Under the pieces are notes generated by a model. The model had not been told where the DNA came from, did no database searches, and saw nothing but the letters and a program-made list of their open reading frames with translations. Shown in pieces: positions 8,462 through 11,297 of a stretch of DNA of 11,297 nt. A program made the translations under genes and the position numbers. The stretch comes from Paraphysomonas bandaiensis. Taxonomy: Eukaryota; Protista; Chrysophyceae. Each line of letters begins with the position of its first letter. The stretch's first letter is position 1. The stretch spans positions 1 through 11,297 of the forward strand of contig CBFFRP010000313.1 in the NCBI GenBank assembly GCA_965644295.1. The letters run 5' to 3'.

Positions 8462-9023
8462 GAATAGAGATGTATAAATGAGAGTGGAGTTCAACTCTTT
8501 AGGGTTTATTTTAGCTAACCACGTGAAATATACTGTACAGCATAGTATGTCCACATCCACGGGCCTTCTGACCTGCTCTATTCATCTATACGGATCGGCA
8601 TCCTTCGTATATTTTTGTTCCAAGAAGCCTCTAATATTGAGACAACAATTATCTGTATTCCAGCCGTAGTTGTATATCAATAATATAGAGGACTTTTGCT
8701 TCAATTAATTTCCGAAAACTGAGATCCGGAGATGCTGACTGCCGGTCCTCCAGTGCATCAGTATTCGGTGGCGTATACTGCTGTATAGGTATACGGTATA
8801 TGATATACCACGATTTGACAGTTACGATTTCGTAGTATAATATACAGAGTAAACCCTGATTGAATACTGAACAAGAGCCACATCATAATCACCAATCAAC
8901 CTGCTGCTTGGATATTACAAATTAAAATACATCTTCCTCTGTTCACATTATCGGCCGTACAGTAAGCCTCCAAACAAATCTAAGCTGTACTGAATGTCCA
9001 TAGTCCAAGTTAATTAATTGTAG
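8462..9023. promoter_or_regulatory. Divergent intergenic region (likely bidirectional promoter) with a probable 5'-UTR intron at 8962-9023
   Basis: 562 bp between the head-to-head ATGs of EAF6 (8461) and the DUF599-like gene (9024). GTAAGC at 8962 and TTGTAG ending at 9023 define a 62-nt intron-sized segment. An in-frame TAA at 8923 with no ATG after it makes the upstream exon non-coding in that frame. Confidence 0.55.
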
Positions 9024-10098
9024 ATGGTATCTGGCGACAAATCCTGGTGGGGTCTTCCCCTGCATGACATTATCATCCCTCTTTGTGTTTGGGTCGTTAT
9101 TGCTTCTTATTATGTATACCAAATCAACCGCCGAGTTCAAAGTAACCATCTGGCTGTACTAAACATGGGAGAAGGAGATCATTATTATCCATATTATTTC
9201 TATCATGTGAGCGCAGTGTGTATATAATTATCTGGCCTTAGTGTACGGTTGGAAAAAAATTCACAGCTTATATGATTGTTTTGTAGATGCGGAGTGGGTG
9301 GATACGCAAAAATCATTTGAGCGGACAGGGAACCGCTAATTCCACACGTGACTACTTAAGAGCATTAATATTCTTCGCTGGAAATACTGCACGTGCGTAA
9401 GAGCAGCAACGGTGTTTATCTTTAGTACCATTGCGCGCACAGTTTATAGTCGTATGAAAAGTTGTCGTTTATATATATGGTTTCTTATTGTGTATTTCTG
9501 ACTAGAATCTTGATTGTAGTGGTTGGAGGTCTGGTTTCTGGCTATGCTGCTTCTTCGTACAAAGGGGAGAGCAGTGCTGCAGACAATTACTTGGTCTTCA
9601 AGCTTGGCTTTTCAGGGTTTATTTTCCTTGTGATGTTCTTTCTTTTCCTATATAGCATTCGGTTTGGACTTCACTTTCAGTAAGACGTGATTTTTATTCG
9701 TGGTGTTTGCTAATATGGGTGCGTAGTTTTCTCATGAATGTTAAGGAAGCCAATGGGGTACCCATCAATCTAATGATCATAGAGAAAATCTTTCATGCCT
9801 CTCATTTTTATTATGCATCTGGTAGTATATCTGTTGTGACACCCTTTGTTGTATTTGATGCATTCGCACTTTAGGATTGCGGCTGTATTACACTGTTATC
9901 CCACTTTTCGCATGGGTGATATCCTCGTGGGCTCTACTGGCCATATCTCCTCTGTATATATATCTGGTTGAAAACTATGACAATCTATCTTTCCTTGAGC
10001 AAGATCTAGAAGACATGTACAAGGGAACGGAATATGCGAAGTATCGCCCAGTGAATTCCATTGACAATGACTGTGGGGTGCAGGTGACGAAGAGATGA
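9024..10098 (+). CDS. DUF599-family integral membrane protein, 5 exons, ~255 aa
   Basis: Exons 9024-9206, 9287-9392, 9520-9679, 9727-9821, 9875-10098, with GT-AG introns of 80, 127, 47 and 53 nt, splice in frame (768 nt). Four hydrophobic segments. MRSGW...TRDYLRALIFFAGNTAL and YYASGLRLYYTVIPLFAW match the recalled DUF599 R..W...LRN....F.A and GLR..Y...P...W patterns. The intron 2 boundaries are the least certain. Confidence 0.8.
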
Positions 10099-10513
10099 GG
10101 TTTCGAAATATAGATGTGCATTGATGCCGTCTTGGAAGTAGAAGTTAGTGACTATCTTTTAGTTTTGTTGTTTGTGTGAGTCTGAACCTTTGTGTTGAAT
10201 ATTAATGGAAGATATGAATTAAAATCGGTAGTTTATCAGTGGTTGCTATCAGAATGCTTATTTTATGTTGGTGTGAGCTCTATGGGAATGAGACTATTGC
10301 GTATGCGATAATAACCCATCTAGTCTGACAACTAAACTTTAAAGTAAAAAATTACTATCACTATTAGACATTTTTAGATGGTTTAAAACAATTCACTGAA
10401 CTCAGTACTTAGTAACATTTACTTCTATTCACACTTAGTAACACAGTTAGTATACACTTTCTCAATAATAATTAAGATTGTGGTAGACATCTCATTTCAT
10501 CAGGGCTGCGTAA

Positions 10514-10620
10514 CAATTAATATTGCAATTAAATTGCATTCATTAGCTATAGCTCGCGCAATTATAATTGCAATTAATTGCAATTAATTGCAATTTAATT
10601 GTGCCAATTATTGTCTAATT
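10514..10620. repeat. Subterminal palindromic repeat array (AATTGCAATT units)
   Basis: Three perfect tandem AATTGCAATT units at 10566-10595 form a perfect 30-bp palindrome. Degenerate copies lie on both sides, plus the palindrome AGCTATAGCT at 10545-10554. Confidence 0.92.
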
Positions 10621-10627
10621 AACTTAG

Positions 10628-11297
10628 TTACTCATTACAAGCACGTATAGCATCTTCAACCATATACTTGCATTCCACAGAAATCTATTAAGGCGCAAGA
10701 ACATAAGGGCCTCTAATCGATGAGTTGCCATAGATTTGGGCAGATCACTCATGTTAATTTTTGCTCTCCTGAAAAACCTTTCAAGCAGCGGTACTTAGTT
10801 GGTTAGGTAGTGCGTAGTCGCTTTTGTTCTTGGTGCGCTTGGTGTCTTCTCGCCAGTGAGTCGACGCCATCATCTTCTTTTTCTCTTCATCAGTTCTGTC
10901 CAACAAAAAACGTTTGAGCTGCGCCTTCTCAGGTCGAGTGAGAGTGTCCTCCAATTCGCTTTGAACTTACACAACAGCATTTTCGAAAGTCTGATTCAAT
11001 GTCCGCATCCACACCAAGGTGATGGCTAGTACTAGGGAATTTCTGAATGAAGGTATTGAATAAAAAACGCACATCACTAAGATCGGCCTGTTCGGCGCCA
11101 TCTTTCTGGAGAATCATAACAACGTTTTCGAATTCTCTTATAACTCCGCTGTCATGCGCTCTAATTTAGCATGACATTGTATGTATGTGTCACTGCATTA
11201 TTATATAGGAATTAGTTCGTTGACCTCATAGCCCTGATAATCCATGTCCATACCGCTGCATATCAGTTAGCAGTGCACTTCAATCCTGCAGTGTCTT
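10628..11297 (-). pseudogene. Disrupted hAT transposase, C-terminal part including the dimerization region
   Basis: Across frameshifts and stops: ...DMQRY...EFENVVMILQK...LSDVRFLFNTFIQKFP...HLGVDADI / FENAVV*VQ...LTRPEKAQLKRF...KRLR..KY / LERFFRRAKINMSDLPKSM...LEALMFLRLNRFLW. The last block matches the hAT ERxFS...L.FL..N motif. The PxTS motif that normally precedes it appears deleted. Confidence 0.9.

Larger units (their letters stand above)
10501..11297 (-). mobile_element. hAT-superfamily DNA transposon, 3' end; element continues beyond the window
   Basis: Abrupt CAGGGCTGCGTAAC terminus at 10501 (hAT-like TIR start), followed by AATTGCAATT subterminal repeats and a disrupted hAT transposase pointing towards this end. 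Confidence 0.85.

Noticed and set aside
7869-9149. ORFs 7869..8078, 8478..8669 and 8943..9149 as independent genes
   Set aside because: They are out-of-frame or antisense overlaps of the spliced EAF6 and DUF599-like genes, or lie in the promoter region.
10566-10595. CRISPR-like or telomeric array
   Set aside because: The units are contiguous with no spacers and are palindromic AT-rich 10-mers, explained as hAT subterminal repeats.

Overview
Eukaryotic genomic DNA, AT-rich, with short GT-AG introns. The hAT transposase resembles the oomycete/stramenopile type, so the host may be a stramenopile (inference). From left to right: (1) about 2 kb of degenerate intergenic DNA, possibly with a very old Copia RT relic; (2) a near-identical 218-bp direct duplication overlapping the stop codon of (3) a large intronless minus-strand gene (about 976 aa from ATG 5527) for a dynamin-superfamily P-loop GTPase with SLIP-GC/NUGGC-like motif contexts, a bipartite NLS, an acidic N-terminus and an unusual ~80-aa insertion between G1 and G2; (4) a GC-richer, hairpin-dense island at ~6050-6420; (5) a decayed Ty1/Copia RT-RNase H fragment; (6) a 4-exon EAF6 gene (NuA4 subunit) head-to-head with (7) a 5-exon DUF599-like membrane protein gene; and (8) one end of a hAT DNA transposon (CAGGG terminus, palindromic subterminal repeats, disrupted transposase) running off the right edge. 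The best candidate for new biology is the intronless, probably nuclear dynamin-like GTPase among transposon debris. All family assignments come from motif recognition by eye, not from database searches.
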